A stretch of DNA of 64,000 nt from Octopus sinensis. Lineage: Eukaryota. Within the stretch, counting starts at the first letter, position 1. Every line of letters begins with the position of its first letter. The position numbers and the translations under genes are program-made. Shown here piece after piece: positions 37,258 to 48,994 of this stretch. Below the pieces are notes generated by a model. That model was given only the letters and a program-made list of their open reading frames with translations. It was not told where the DNA came from and made no database searches. Location of the stretch: the NCBI RefSeq assembly GCF_006345805.1, contig NC_043020.1, forward strand, positions 620,001 through 684,000, written 5' to 3'.

Positions 37258-37851
37258 TTAACACTTCAGAGTAGTAGATTTGTGAGTGTTAGCAAGGCGA
37301 ATACAGCTGTGAATAATTACCTATCAATAGGCAGAGTATCTATTCTTGCTTGGATAGAGCTGACAAAGTCTTCTGTATTGTCCTGAGATCTGTTAGAAAC
37401 AGCAGTCAAGTTTTCCTTATATTATATCCAACTGTCTTTAACAAGAGGGAGGACATATTGACTGATGTAATTCTAAAAATACTCATTACCATTTCATCAT
37501 CTTCCTGTTGATTAAGCACTGACTTTTCCATGCTTCTATTGAGTTATACAACAAACCCAAAAGTTTTACTTCCATAAAAGCATCACCAGGGGCTGACCAT
37601 CACCCTGGCTATGCTGCCGTCACCCATCCACTCAGCTGTGATCCCCCCCCCCCCACAAAGGCCTTTACATGATCGCTTGCCCAGTTAAAGATAGCAACCA
37701 AACTCACTCCCCAAAGACATTCAACCATGAACCAACAAGTGTATCTTGGTGTAGTTTTATGTCCAGTTATAAATGCTAGATAAATCCACCTCAAACCACT
37801 TCCTATAGTCTTACGAAATGAAGGCCTCATAATAGGATAACGTAGTAAATT

Positions 37852-38124
37852 TATGGAGATGTACTTGCATAGCAAGTGACCTGATCTGAGATCGTGTGCT
37901 GGAACGAAAACAATTGCAGTGTGGAAGGTGTTTATAAGCCATTTAAGAAACACACAAAAACCATTAGATTCACTTCAACATCATCATCATCGTTTAGTGT
38001 CCGCTTTCCATGCTATATTGTGTTGGACGATTTGACTGAGGACTGGCGAACCAGATGGCTGCACCAGACTCAAATCTGATCTGGCAGAGTTTCTATAGTT
38101 AGATGCCCTTCTTAACGCCAACCA
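37852..38124. mobile_element. Dispersed repeat (37852-37978, homologous to 15383-15514) joined to a family C fragment (37979-38124, -)
   Basis: Sequence identity to the other copies in the window. Confidence 0.75.
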
Positions 38125-38239
38125 TATATATATATATAATCTAAAGCCTATGTATTATACTTGCATGTATATAAATGTTTTTATCTGATGTAATCAACAT
38201 AAACACACACTCATACTTATATATATATATATATATAGT

Positions 38240-38450
38240 TAATCCAAACATGAAAACACAAAAAACACAACAACGCGAGGACGTGGAACAAATATAGTAT
38301 TATTTGACGCTCAGGAAGGAAGGAGGGTTTAACGTTTCAAGCGGAGCTCTTCGTCGGAAATGTAGGAGGAGGAAAGATCCAGAGAAGGGAAGAAAGAGGA
38401 AAAAAATTGCCAACGGTACACACGCGGTCACATATATATATGCGCATGCA
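38240..38450 (-). mobile_element. PLE-terminus-like repeat family F with minimal hammerhead variant at 38328-38360
   Basis: Minus strand: UUU-CCGACGA-A-GAGC(UCC)GCUU-GAAAC-GU-U-AAA; embedded in a TA microsatellite. Confidence 0.55.
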
Positions 38451-39840
38451 TGCACACGTACACAAACAGGAGAAATAGCTGAATTTACATTTAATATGTT
38501 TTTTACAGATAATCTAGCCACCACCATCACCACTCTATTTTCACCTTCCCATCCTCCTCATCACACCTCCACTCTCGTCATCTAGATACGATGGTTTCAT
38601 CATTGTTCTTATTTGATTTCGAGTCCTTATTAATGCCAGAACAAGACAGCAGCAAGAAGTCCCACATTTATTAACAGTTAAACATTTGTCTTTTAGTCTG
38701 TCATTGCATTCTTTAACCCTGTTGATCTTTTTTATATTCTTTTGGTGGGGTTTTTTTTTTGTTTTTGGTATCTTACATCTTTGCTTATTGCTTTGTCATT
38801 ATTCATTGTCATCATCACCATCCCATCATCGTTAACGAAGTTGTCGTCGTTGTCATCGCTATCATCACTGTCAATTTGTGTTTTTAGTTGTGGGGGGGGG
38901 TTTTTTTTTCTCTGTCGTGTCTGTCTCTCTCTCCGTTGTTTGTTGTGACATTGGCAAAAATGTAATCTCTGTTTTAATATAAACGGGCATCTTGTCTCTG
39001 TGTGTGTGTACTTGTGGGTATGTGTGATTCTGGGTAGGAGAGTGCTTATGAGTGTGTGGGTGGGTTTCTATGTGAGATTGGCTTGTGAACATGCGTGGAT
39101 AAATATTTATATATGCACATCAACATTATCAAAGTGTATAATTGATATGTGTTGTGTGCATGCACACGTGTATAAAATACATATATGTATGTATAAAATA
39201 TGTACATGTGGTATAATTGTGTGTGTGTGTGTGTTCTTTGGAATTAATGTTAGTTATGTCTATATATATGAATTTTCTTCATGTGTGTGTGTATACATGT
39301 ATAGGGATACACACACACACACACATATATGTATAAAGGTTTTGCGATATTTTTCATTAGTTTTTAATTAGTCTTGCTCTGTTCTATTGACCTTAAGGGG
39401 AATCTGTAGGAGACAAAAAGAAACCAATGGGTGTTGGGGGGGTTTGATGGGGGTGGGGTTTGGTACCAACTTTGGTGACACCAAATGCTGATTGCAATTA
39501 ATATCACTTATAACAATACTTCTGCAGACATGCACGGTTTGCTTGTTTTTATTTATATATTTTTTGTTGTTGTTCAGTCTTAGTTTTTAGACTTGTTTTT
39601 ATTTAAATCAATCTGCATTTATGTTGCCAATGTTCCCCGTCCCCACCCCACCCTCCAATACTAGTTATGCACCATTCTCAAAATGTACAGTTCTGATTTT
39701 CATTATAATGAAGTAGGTCTTTTTTAATATTTTTTATATATATATATATATATTTTCATTAAAGTAGTGTTTCTCTTCCAAGGGCATAAGATACCTTTGA
39801 TTGCTGCAAGGTGCTAAGATACATATGCACGTGCTAGCAT

Positions 39841-40245
39841 GCACACAGGTGTGACTGTATGGTATGGTAAGAAGTTTGTTTTCCAACCACATGGTTCCAG
39901 GTTCAGTTCATCTGTGTGGCCCTTAGGGTTAGTGTCTTTTACTATAGCCTTGGGCTTGCCAAAGCTTTGTGAGTAGATATGATAGACAGAAACTGAAAGA
40001 AGCTCATTCTGTGTGTGTGTGTGTGTGTATCTGTGTCTGTGTTTGTCTGCCACAAGTGACTGAGAACCGGTGTTGGTGTGTTTATCTCTCTGTAACTTAG
40101 CTTTATCGCAAAAGTTTACTGCTAGAATAAAAATCGAGCTTTAAAAAAAAATAAGTCCTGGAGTCAATTCATTTGACTAAAATTCTTCCAGGTGGTGCCC
40201 CAGCATGGCCACAGTCTAATGGCTGAAATAAGTAAAAGATATAAG
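39841..40245 (+). mobile_element. Diverged family A SINE (variant subfamily)
   Basis: caaccacatggttccaggttcag...gtgagtagatatgatagacagaaactgaaagaag...cagcatggccacagtctaatggctgaaataagtaaaag. Confidence 0.8.
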
Positions 40246-40403
40246 ATACACAATTAGTATTATCTACATGATATTTATTTCAAACTTCAAACAGGTTGAC
40301 TACACTGCCTGGTAATATTTAACTCCTTGGCATTTAAACCAGTTGTATTTGGCCCAAATACTCTATCTGGTTATGTCCAAAACAGCCAGATCCATCTTCT
40401 GGC

Positions 40404-40645
40404 ACGTAAAAAGCACCAAGCGATTGGGGTCGTTGCCAGGCTTGCCTAGCACCTGAACCGGTGGCTCGTAAAAAGCACCCACTACACTCACAGAGTGGTT
40501 GGCGTTAGGAAGGGCATCCAGCTGTAGAAACACTCCCAGATCAGACTGGAGCCTGGTGCAGCCTTCTGGCTTCCCAGACCCCGTTCGAACCGTCCAACCC
40601 ATGCTAGCATGGAAAACGGATGTTAAACAATGATGATGATGATGT
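40404..40645 (+). mobile_element. Family C repeat
   Basis: aaaagcacccactacactc...ggcgttaggaagggcatccagctgtagaaac...aacaatgatgatgatg. Confidence 0.85.
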
Positions 40646-40767
40646 TGTTGTTGAATCCCAGATTAAACAGACCCGTGATTAAAAGCCTTCCAACTGGGGC
40701 CATCTTACCTTGTCTTTAGTAATTGTGTACCTAGCACTACATTATCCAACATGTCCCTATTTTTTTT

Positions 40768-41002
40768 AACCCTTTAGCATTCGGATTTCCTTTTCAAAAG
40801 TAAATCCTTGTTTATTCACATTGTTTCGAATTAATTGTAGGAGTGGCTGTGTGGTAAGTAGCTTGCTTACCAACCACATGGTTCCGGGTTCAGTCCCACT
40901 GCGTGGCACCTTGGGCGAGTGTCTTCTACCATAGCCTCGGGCCGATCTAAGCCTTGTGAGTGGATTTGGTAGACGGAAACAGAAAGAAGCCCGTCGTATA
41001 TA

Positions 41003-41055
<53 letters not shown>

Positions 41056-41400
41056 ATATGTTTGTGTTTCTGTGTTTGTCCCCCCAACATCACTTGACAA
41101 CTGAAGCTGGTGTGTTTACGTCCCTGTAACTTAGCAGTTCGGCAAAAGAGACCGATAGAATAAGTACTAGGCTTACAAAGAATAAGTCCTGGGATCGATT
41201 TGGTCGAATAAAGGCGGTGCTCCAGCATGGCCGCAGTCAAATGACTGAAACAAGTAAAAGAGTATCTTGTAGCTTCAAGAGTTTAATGGCGTGGCTGCTT
41301 ACTCTTAGAATGACATTGTAGGGTGGGTGCAAGAGGTCGAATCTGGCCAGTTTGAATATGAAACAGGTAGAATATATGGGCCGATATAGCTACTTCAAAC
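40768..41400. mobile_element. MITE family D interrupted by a full-length family A SINE (40837-41263, +)
   Basis: Left end ttaaccctttagcattc; the MITE body resumes at 41264 (tatcttgtagc...gaatgacattgtagggt). Confidence 0.85.
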
Positions 41401-41924
41401 CCTAAAATCAAAAGAAAAAATTGTAATTTAAGGGAGGTTTGGCTTCTATTTCTAGTAGGTGAAATGCCCACATAGAGGTACCCCTGCTGGCTCATCGCGA
41501 TATCATACTGTATCTCAAGCTGTGCTGTTGAATATATGTATGTCAGAGTGTGTGTATATGTTTGTGTGTACGTGTGTGTTTGTGTGTGTGTGTGTGTGTG
41601 TATAAATGATAGTGGCTATAATTTTTTTTTTTTTTTTGTATTATTAAATGGAGAATAAGGCATGTAAAACAATAAAGAATTTTTTTAAAAAAAAAAATAC
41701 CATTTTAAATGTCAGCTTAAATGTCTCTTTTAATCAACTGGAATTTTTAGCTGAAATCATGAAACATTAATGGATGTTAATTTTTAATTTTATAACAAAC
41801 TATCCTCTCCTCCCCTCGTGCACACCCACCCCACCCACCACTCTCTTCTTCGCACTCCTCGTCTAGCACATTTCTCCCCACCCATCAGCCCCACCGTAAA
41901 CTAAATATTAAAACAAACAAAACA

Positions 41925-41931
41925 GTAATGA

Positions 41932-41969
<38 letters not shown>

Positions 41970-42068
41970 ACAGAAATAATATTAATAATGATAACTTTAA
42001 CAATAAGGATTTCTTGATAGCAACAATAATAAAAAATGCTTGTAACAATAATAATAGTTATTTCGTCG

Positions 42069-42108
<40 letters not shown>

Positions 42109-42500
42109 TAGCAATAGTTGTAACAATAATAATAGTAGAAATAAAAAAATAATGATATTAATGATAATAATAATAGTAATAATAATATTAATGATTATAA
42201 TAATAATGATTACCTAATGATGATAATGATAATAATAATAATAAGTAGTAGTAGTAACAGAAATAATATTAATAATGATAACTTTAACAATAATGATTTC
42301 TTAATAACAATAATAATAGAAACGTTTGTAACAATAATAATAGTAATAATGATATAATTAATAATAATAATGATGATGATGATGATAATAATAATAGCAA
42401 TATTTGTAACAATAATAATAGTAGTAATAAAAATAATGATTATAATAATAATGATTACCTAATAATAATAATGATAAGTAGTAGTAGTAGTTGTAACAAT
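41925..42500. repeat. (AGT/AAT)n trinucleotide region with an internal duplicated block
   Basis: gtagtaacagaaataatattaataatgataactttaacaataa occurs at about 41963 and 42251. Confidence 0.85.
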
Positions 42501-42826
42501 AGCTATAATAGTAAAATCAGTGGAAAACTTTTGTGAGTAAAACATTTTCCTCATCAAGGAATGATAATAGGTGGAGTAGGACAAAGAAAGGAAAGAAAGA
42601 AAAAACTGAAAATAAAAACACACAAGCAAAAGAAAAGAAGAAGAGAAAAGAAAAGAAGACAAAAAGAAAACATGTTTATTAGTAATCTGTAATATTGCAA
42701 TTTATTATCTTTTTTTTTTATTGATAATTCAACAAAAAAGAAAAAGAAAAAGAAAAAAGAGAAAATATCTAATAATGATTTGTTTTGATGAAGCTCAGAA
42801 ACAGGTTTTGTTTTGTCTGTCCCAGC

Positions 42827-42878
<52 letters not shown>

Positions 42879-42935
42879 TGTGCTTTTGTTTTTATAGCAG
42901 AAATATATAGTCTGTTGAATGGACAATCTTTTGTG

Positions 42936-42969
<34 letters not shown>

Positions 42970-43202
42970 CACACATACATATGGGAGTAAGTGGTGTATA
43001 TGTATGTATATATGTGAGTGTATGTATATATATTTATGTGTATATATATGTGTGTATATATACGTGTATATGTATATATATATGTATATGTAAATATGTG
43101 TATATGTAAATATATGTGTCTATGTAAATAGATGTGTGTATGTATATATGTGTTTATGTATATATATATGTGTGCGTGTATATATACATATGTGTGTGTA
43201 TG

Positions 43203-43235
<33 letters not shown>

Positions 43236-43851
43236 ATCTATATATGTAGATATATCGATGTGTTTATATATGTATATGTGTGTATCTATATATCTATATG
43301 TGTGTATATATATATATATGTGGATATTGATTTCTTACGTAGCCTGCATAACGCCTGAGTGTGTTTTAGGAAAAGAATAAACGAGATTCAGTAATGTGTC
43401 CACATCTTTCACATTAACAAAAGAGAATAGTGATGTAATGATGGGAGAATGAAAATAAAAATGCTGTAATCAGGAATCGAAACTGAGACTCTCCATTCAC
43501 TGGCAGCCCTGGAAATAACCATTTTCCTCTCTCTCTCTCATTCCCCTTTGTATTCCCCTAATTATATATTGAGTACAATGTTATTTGTTCCAGCAAGTGT
43601 GGTCCCATCAGCTTTTTAAAACCTGGGTTAGGTGAGGATAGGTTTGTAACTGAATGGTTATTTGTTTTGCAGTGACATAGTCCAGTGTTTAGACTGTACG
43701 GTGCCTTGGTCAACTGGACAAGTCATTTCCACAATTGCCTCAATTTGACCAATGCTATGTGAGTGGAATTTGATCAACGTGTGGAAGGCCATTTTATATT
43801 ACTTGAATTACTTGGTTATCATAATAAAATATTATGTAATATAATATGGAT

Positions 43852-44172
43852 AGTGGAGGTGTGTGGCCTAGTGGTTAGGATGTCAGCATCATGATCGTAA
43901 GATTGTGGTTTCGATTCCTGGACTGGGCGATGTGTTGTGTTCTTGAACAAAACACTTCATTTCACGTTGCTCCAGTCCACTCAGCTGGCAAAAATGAGTA
44001 ATGCTGCGATGGACTGGCGACCCGTCCAGCTGGGGAACACACACGCCATGGAAACCGGGAAACCGTGCCCATGAGCCTGGCTAGGCTTGAAAAGGGTGCA
44101 TTTATTTGTGGAGGAGTGTGGCTTAGTAGTTAGGGTGTCAGCACCGTGAGTGTAAGATTGTGGTTTCGATTT
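43852..44172 (+). mobile_element. Family H SINE (43852-44105) plus a second head fragment
   Basis: A-box tggcctagtgg, B-box-like ggtttcgattcc, CORE-like gtgttcttgaacaaaacacttcatttcac, then gcgatggactggcgacccgtccag, which resembles the V-SINE domain (from recall). Confidence 0.8.
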
Positions 44173-44589
44173 ATTTATTATTATAATATGGATTAAGAGA
44201 GAGAGAGACAGACAGACAGAGGGAGAGATATACTGTTTTTACTGATCTGTAGGTTGTATTTGTGTTACACCTGCATTTTGCATGGGAATGGTGGTACAAA
44301 ACTTTAATAGTAATCAATTACATATGTTGTATTGACTTATGTGTTCTAGCAGAAAGACTGCCCTCCGGATGGTTTTCTGCTAGCCACTTGATAATATATC
44401 CACATTTGATTCCCAATCCTAATAATTTTTATATTTTACGTCTAATTATTTTGTTTGTGTAATAGTGCTCCCTTGCTTAGTAAATATTTCTCTTGTTATT
44501 TTATCAGCCATAATCTCTTTTTTTAAAGAGTCAATATGTTATATATATTTATCATTGATATTTGGTAGAACTTACATAGGTGTGCATCG

Positions 44590-44693
44590 ATAGATAGAGA
44601 GAGAGAGAGAGAGATAGGATAGATAAATAGATAGACAGATAGATAGATAGGAAGATAGATAGATAGATAGATAGAAAGATAGATAGATAGATG

Positions 44694-44724
<31 letters not shown>

Positions 44725-44799
44725 GATAGATAGATAGATAGATGGATAGAAAGATAGATAGATAGATGGATAGATAGATAGATAGATAGATAGAAAGAT

Positions 44800-44830
<31 letters not shown>

Positions 44831-44872
44831 CAGATAGCTAGATAGATAGATGATAAATAGATAGATAGATAG
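44590..44872. repeat. (GATA)n tetranucleotide microsatellite
   Basis: Seen directly. Confidence 0.97.
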
Positions 44873-45112
44873 AGGGAAGGAGGGATACACACACACACAC
44901 ACTAAAGTCTGGTGCTGTGAGGACATATGGGAATGACATTTCGTTTTCCAAATATATCCAAATTCAAAATGATCTAAAATAACGATATCATTCATTCGGC
45001 ATCTGCTGAAATATGCCAAAACAATTTAATTCCACACAAATATATGCTACTTCGCATATAATTTATGTGTTAATTTTATCTACTGAAACTAGCTACAAAG
45101 CACATTTTTGCT

Positions 45113-45714
45113 TTAAAGTAGTATCTCCTTGTAGACACAATTGTCAGTAATCATATTGTTTCCATTTCTCTCAGCCAATATTTTCTTTTTGAACTCCGGA
45201 TAACGCAACGCACAGATGACTATGTGAGAGGAATTGTGTCAGAAGATATATTCCAATTTGTTCAAAAGTCTGTTCCTGTGCCCTGTTGCACGTCAAGGCA
45301 AACGCTGACTTGACAGGAAATTGTTTGCATGTAAATGAAAATGGAAATTCCATTCCTTGAGATACATGTGGTGTTCTTTGGATTAGCAGAGTTGATCTTG
45401 CATAAGGACCAGAAGCAACCTCAGCCTCAATAACATGATCATGTTAACTGACAGTGATGTAGTACATGCCATTGCAATGTCCATTACTCTCTTTACTCTT
45501 TTACTCTTTTACTTGTTTCAGTCATTTGACTGCAGCCATGCTGGAGCACCACCTTTAATCGAGCAACTCGACCCCGGGTCTTATTCTTTTGTAAGCCCAG
45601 TACTTATTCTATCGGTCTCTTTTGCCGAACCGCTAAGTGATGGGGACATAAGCACACCAGCATCGGTTGTCAAGCAGTGCTAGGGGGACAAACACAGACA
45701 CACAAACATGCACG

Positions 45715-45756
<42 letters not shown>

Positions 45757-46415
45757 CGACGGGCTTCTTTCAGTTTCCGTCTACCAAATCCACTCACAAG
45801 GCTTTGGTCGGCTCGAGGCTATAGTAGAAGACACTTGCCCAAGATGCCACGCAGTGGGACTGAACCCAGAACCATGTGGTTGGTAAACAAGCTACTTACC
45901 ACACAGCCACTCCTGCGCCATTATGCATCATTTTTCTTTTCCAGTTTGAGAATTTGTGGTGAAAACCCTGATGGTGTAAGTTTTTTGACAAACTCAACTG
46001 AGTACAGAGTTTCTTTATCAACTGTATCTGAGCTTCTGTATATTTTTCGCTCACCAGGGATCCTGGTCAACAGAAAATCATTCACAAATTGTGCTGCTTC
46101 ATTTGTTGGGGTCACGATGGTTCAATTTGCAAGCCACACGGGGTTTGTGAAGTTATTTTTGAGGCTAGCATATACAAAGTCACATAAATCTGAAAGAGTA
46201 CCACTTTCAAGGCAAGGGTCATTGGGTAGTTTGATTTTGAATTCACAGAAATGTTACCGTTTCCTACATCAAGAAGGTAATTAGCAAACTCTCTTTCATC
46301 AGAATGACCTTCCGTAAGAAGTCTTTGATTGGTTGTCAACTCCACTACTTCCACATTATCGCAAAGAAAAGATTTGTTTAGTGTTGCATCAATTTGTAAT
46401 CTGCCACCATTATTA
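45113..46415 (-). pseudogene. Decayed Helitron Rep/Hel C-terminal Pif1-family helicase, split by a family A SINE
   Basis: Minus-strand segments in the expected order: GGRLQIDATLNKSFLCDNVEVVELTTNQR...EFANYLLDVGNG; TPTNEAAQFVNDFLLTRIPGERKIYRSSDTVD...YSVEFVKKLTPSGFSPQILKL; NGHCNG...VIEAEVASGPY...FPFSFTCKQFPVKSAFALTCNRAQEQT...SHSHLCVALS; terminal TDNCVYKEILL* (stop 45113-45115); stops and frameshifts present. Confidence 0.92.
45486..45919 (-). mobile_element. Family A SINE, full length, inserted in the Helitron helicase
   Basis: ccatta at both junctions (45481-45486 and 45918-45923), TSD or microhomology. Confidence 0.92.
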
Positions 46416-46605
46416 CATTCAAGAGAATATTCTTCTCTCGTGATACCCTAACCAGTCAATCGTGTGTAACGGAAACAGAATTATGTCTACACCTCAGTGG
46501 ATATTCAGGTGTGTTTCAGTCACTTTGCCCTGGTTTCATCTGATTCAGTTGCCTGTCCTTCTCTCAGCTGTTGTGCCTTTGCTGCTAAATTTTCTTTTTC
46601 AGTTG

Positions 46606-46982
46606 CATCATCATCATCATCATCGTTTAGCTTCTGCTTTCCATGCTAGCATGGGTTGGACAGTGCAACTGGGGTCTGGGAAGCCAGAAGGCTGCACCAG
46701 ACCCAGTCTGATCTGGCAATGTTTCTATGACTGGATGCCCTTCCTAACGCCAACCACTCCATGAGTGTAGTGGGTGCTTTTTACGTGCCAGACGAGGCTG
46801 GCAAACGGCCACGATCGGATGGTGCTTTTTACGTGCCACCGGCACAGGTGCCAGATGAGGCTGGCAAACGGCCACGATTGGACGGAGGCCAGGCGAGGCT
46901 GGCAATGGCCATGATCGGATGGTGCTTTTTACATGCCACCGGTATGGAGGCCAGGCGAGGCTGGCAACGGGCACAATCGCAT
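46606..46982 (-). mobile_element. Family C repeat with 3-4 internal tandem units (gaggctggcaa...ggccacgatcggatggtgctttttacgtgccacc)
   Basis: Seen directly. Confidence 0.85.
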
Positions 46983-47093
46983 ATTATATATAAATGAAAG
47001 CTCCTTAAAAACTATCTTGTTTAGTGTGCTAGAAATAGCAGCGATTACATAGTTATTATTGGAAGGCTTACAGTGTTCCAAGTAGCCATACCA

Positions 47094-47578
47094 ACAAAAT
47101 CACTTCTTCATTAAAAATTATACCTGTATATTAAAGAATTTTCATTTTATCAAAAAATATTCATTTAACAAACTCCGGAAACTGATAATATTCTTGAAAT
47201 TGTACCTCGTATCAAAATTATACAGCTATTTTGTGTAATAGCATGCGTTCATTCAACACAAAATCACTTTAAAATTTTACCTGTATATTAAAAATTTTTC
47301 GTTTTTATCAAAAATATTAATTTAACAAACTCCGGAAACTGATAATATTTTTCAAATTGTGTCTCGTATCAAAGTTATTTAGCTATTATTAAATTATCAT
47401 TAATGAAAATAGCGGTGAGTGAGAATGGGAGACTGCTGCAAACAACAATGTAAAATGTTGCCCTCCATAAATTAATAGTGTTTATTACTAAACATTAAAA
47501 TCTGTTCCGCAGTGAATGCAATGAATATTTAAATTTATGAAGAATTGAACGCAGTGAATGCAATGAATATTTAAATTT
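47094..47578. repeat. Direct repeats: ~135-bp pair (47094-47230 / 47258-47387) and identical 29-bp pair (47508 / 47550)
   Basis: aactccggaaactgataatatt duplicated 157 bp apart; cgcagtgaatgcaatgaatatttaaattt duplicated 42 bp apart. Confidence 0.85.
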
Positions 47579-47805
47579 GCGAGGATTCGGAGTTTAAAAA
47601 ATTCAATAAACTTCAGAAATCGAAATTATACGCAATTTCTTAGAAAATGAATTTATAAAAAATGTTTCCAGACAGTCAGGCTATTTAACATTGCTTTCTT
47701 TTAGTACTTTTAGTAATTGTTACATGTATATATATCTATATGTATGTATATAGTAACATACATACATACATGGATAGTATACATATATATATATATATAC
47801 ATATA

Positions 47806-47852
<47 letters not shown>

Positions 47853-47969
47853 AAGAGCAATAAAGATTCAAGTTAATTTAAAAAATTTACTTGAATATGG
47901 TACCTAACTTAGATGCACCAAAAAAAAACTATACTGATTTAACAATACAGTAATGTGGGGTGATTATAA

Positions 47970-48320
47970 GCGAGAAAGAAGCAACAAGAATGGATAGGTT
48001 TTTAGTACGATCGTTTCATACAAGGACAGGTTTTATTAAAGTTGCAAAGATTACAGCATATAAACGAGTCCCGTACTCATCAGCTAAAATACATGTAAGT
48101 TCTCTAGACATCCTAGTGTTTGAGGCTATACTCATGAAGTAATGTAGATAATTAAACAGATTTCTAAAGTTCATTAAAGTTCTTTAAAGATGATGCATAG
48201 TCTTATCACAGAATTTTAAAAAAGTTTATAGGCTGTAATCTTTGCAACTTTTAATAAAACCTGTCCTTGTATGAAACGATCGTACTAAAAACCTATCCAT
48301 TCTTGTTGCTTCTTTCTCGC
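47970..48320. mobile_element. PLE-terminus-like fold-back element (arms 47970-48065 / 48224-48320, two differences)
   Basis: 96/97-bp inverted arms around a 158-bp spacer; complete hammerhead on the - strand. Confidence 0.85.
48000..48089 (-). ncRNA. Type I hammerhead ribozyme with canonical core
   Basis: Stem I UUUUAG/CUAAAA; CUGAUGA (48083-48077); stem II GUAC/GUAU plus GGAC/GUCC with a long loop; GAAA (48017-48014); stem III in palindrome ACGAUCGU; GUA cleavage triplet, predicted cut between 48006 and 48005. Confidence 0.8.
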
Positions 48321-48341
48321 GTATATATATATATATATATA

Positions 48342-48522
48342 TTATTATATAGAAGGAGCTTCTACAGGACTAGAACTGTTTCATTCAAGAGAAATCTTCA
48401 GGAAGCTCAATAAAATCTATTGGTAGATGCTACATCAGGGTGGTCGAAATCTAAGGAGCTTCCTGAAGATTTCTCTTGAATGAAACAGTTCTAGTCCTGT
48501 AGAAGCTCCTTCTATATAATAA
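48342..48522. mobile_element. Perfect 67-bp inverted repeat (48342-48408 / 48456-48522) with 47-bp spacer; each arm carries a hammerhead motif
   Basis: Arms checked base by base as reverse complements. Confidence 0.9.
48453..48511 (+). ncRNA. Type I hammerhead-like motif (mirror copy at 48356-48408, -)
   Basis: Stem I AAGGAGCUUC/GAAGCUCCUU (10 bp); CUGAAGA; stem II U.U + UUC(UCUU)GAA; GAAA; stem III ACAG/CUGU; GUA triplet (A48501). The 10.1-11.1 pair is a non-canonical U.U. Confidence 0.68.
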
Positions 48523-48593
48523 ATTAATTTTACTCTGCTATGTATTGAGTACCTTATTTACTGTGGTTAACCCCGAATCAACCCGGGACCTAC

Positions 48594-48599
<6 letters not shown>

Positions 48600-48629
<30 letters not shown>

Positions 48630-48812
48630 ATTACTATATATGTATGTATGTATATTACTATATATGTATGTATATTACTATGTATGTATGTATATTACTA
48701 TATATGTATGTATGTATATTACTATGTATGTATGTATATTACTATATATGTATATATATATGTATGTATATTACTATATATGTATATATATATGTATGTA
48801 TATTACTATATA

Positions 48813-48842
<30 letters not shown>
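48600..48842. repeat. AT-rich minisatellite (tatgtatgtatattacta(ta)) within a TA microsatellite
   Basis: About 8 units of 18-24 bp. Confidence 0.85.
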
Positions 48843-48843
<1 letters not shown>

Positions 48844-48994
48844 GGTGGCTGCGGTAGCAGTGGTGGTGGAGGAGGAGGAGGAGGACAAAAATGCGAATCG
48901 CATCACGCTCTTCGTATTGTCTATTTACCTTTGTGAAGAGTTATGTCAATCTTTATAAAATATAATAATGATGATGATGATGATGATGATGATT

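Noticed and set aside
45667-46284. Longest ORF in the track (205 aa, +)
   Set aside because: Chimera of antisense SINE A and the antisense strand of the Helitron helicase; the real homology is on the minus strand.
46780-46980. CRISPR-like repeated GC-rich units
   Set aside because: Eukaryotic context; units are tandem internal repeats of family C with no unique spacers.
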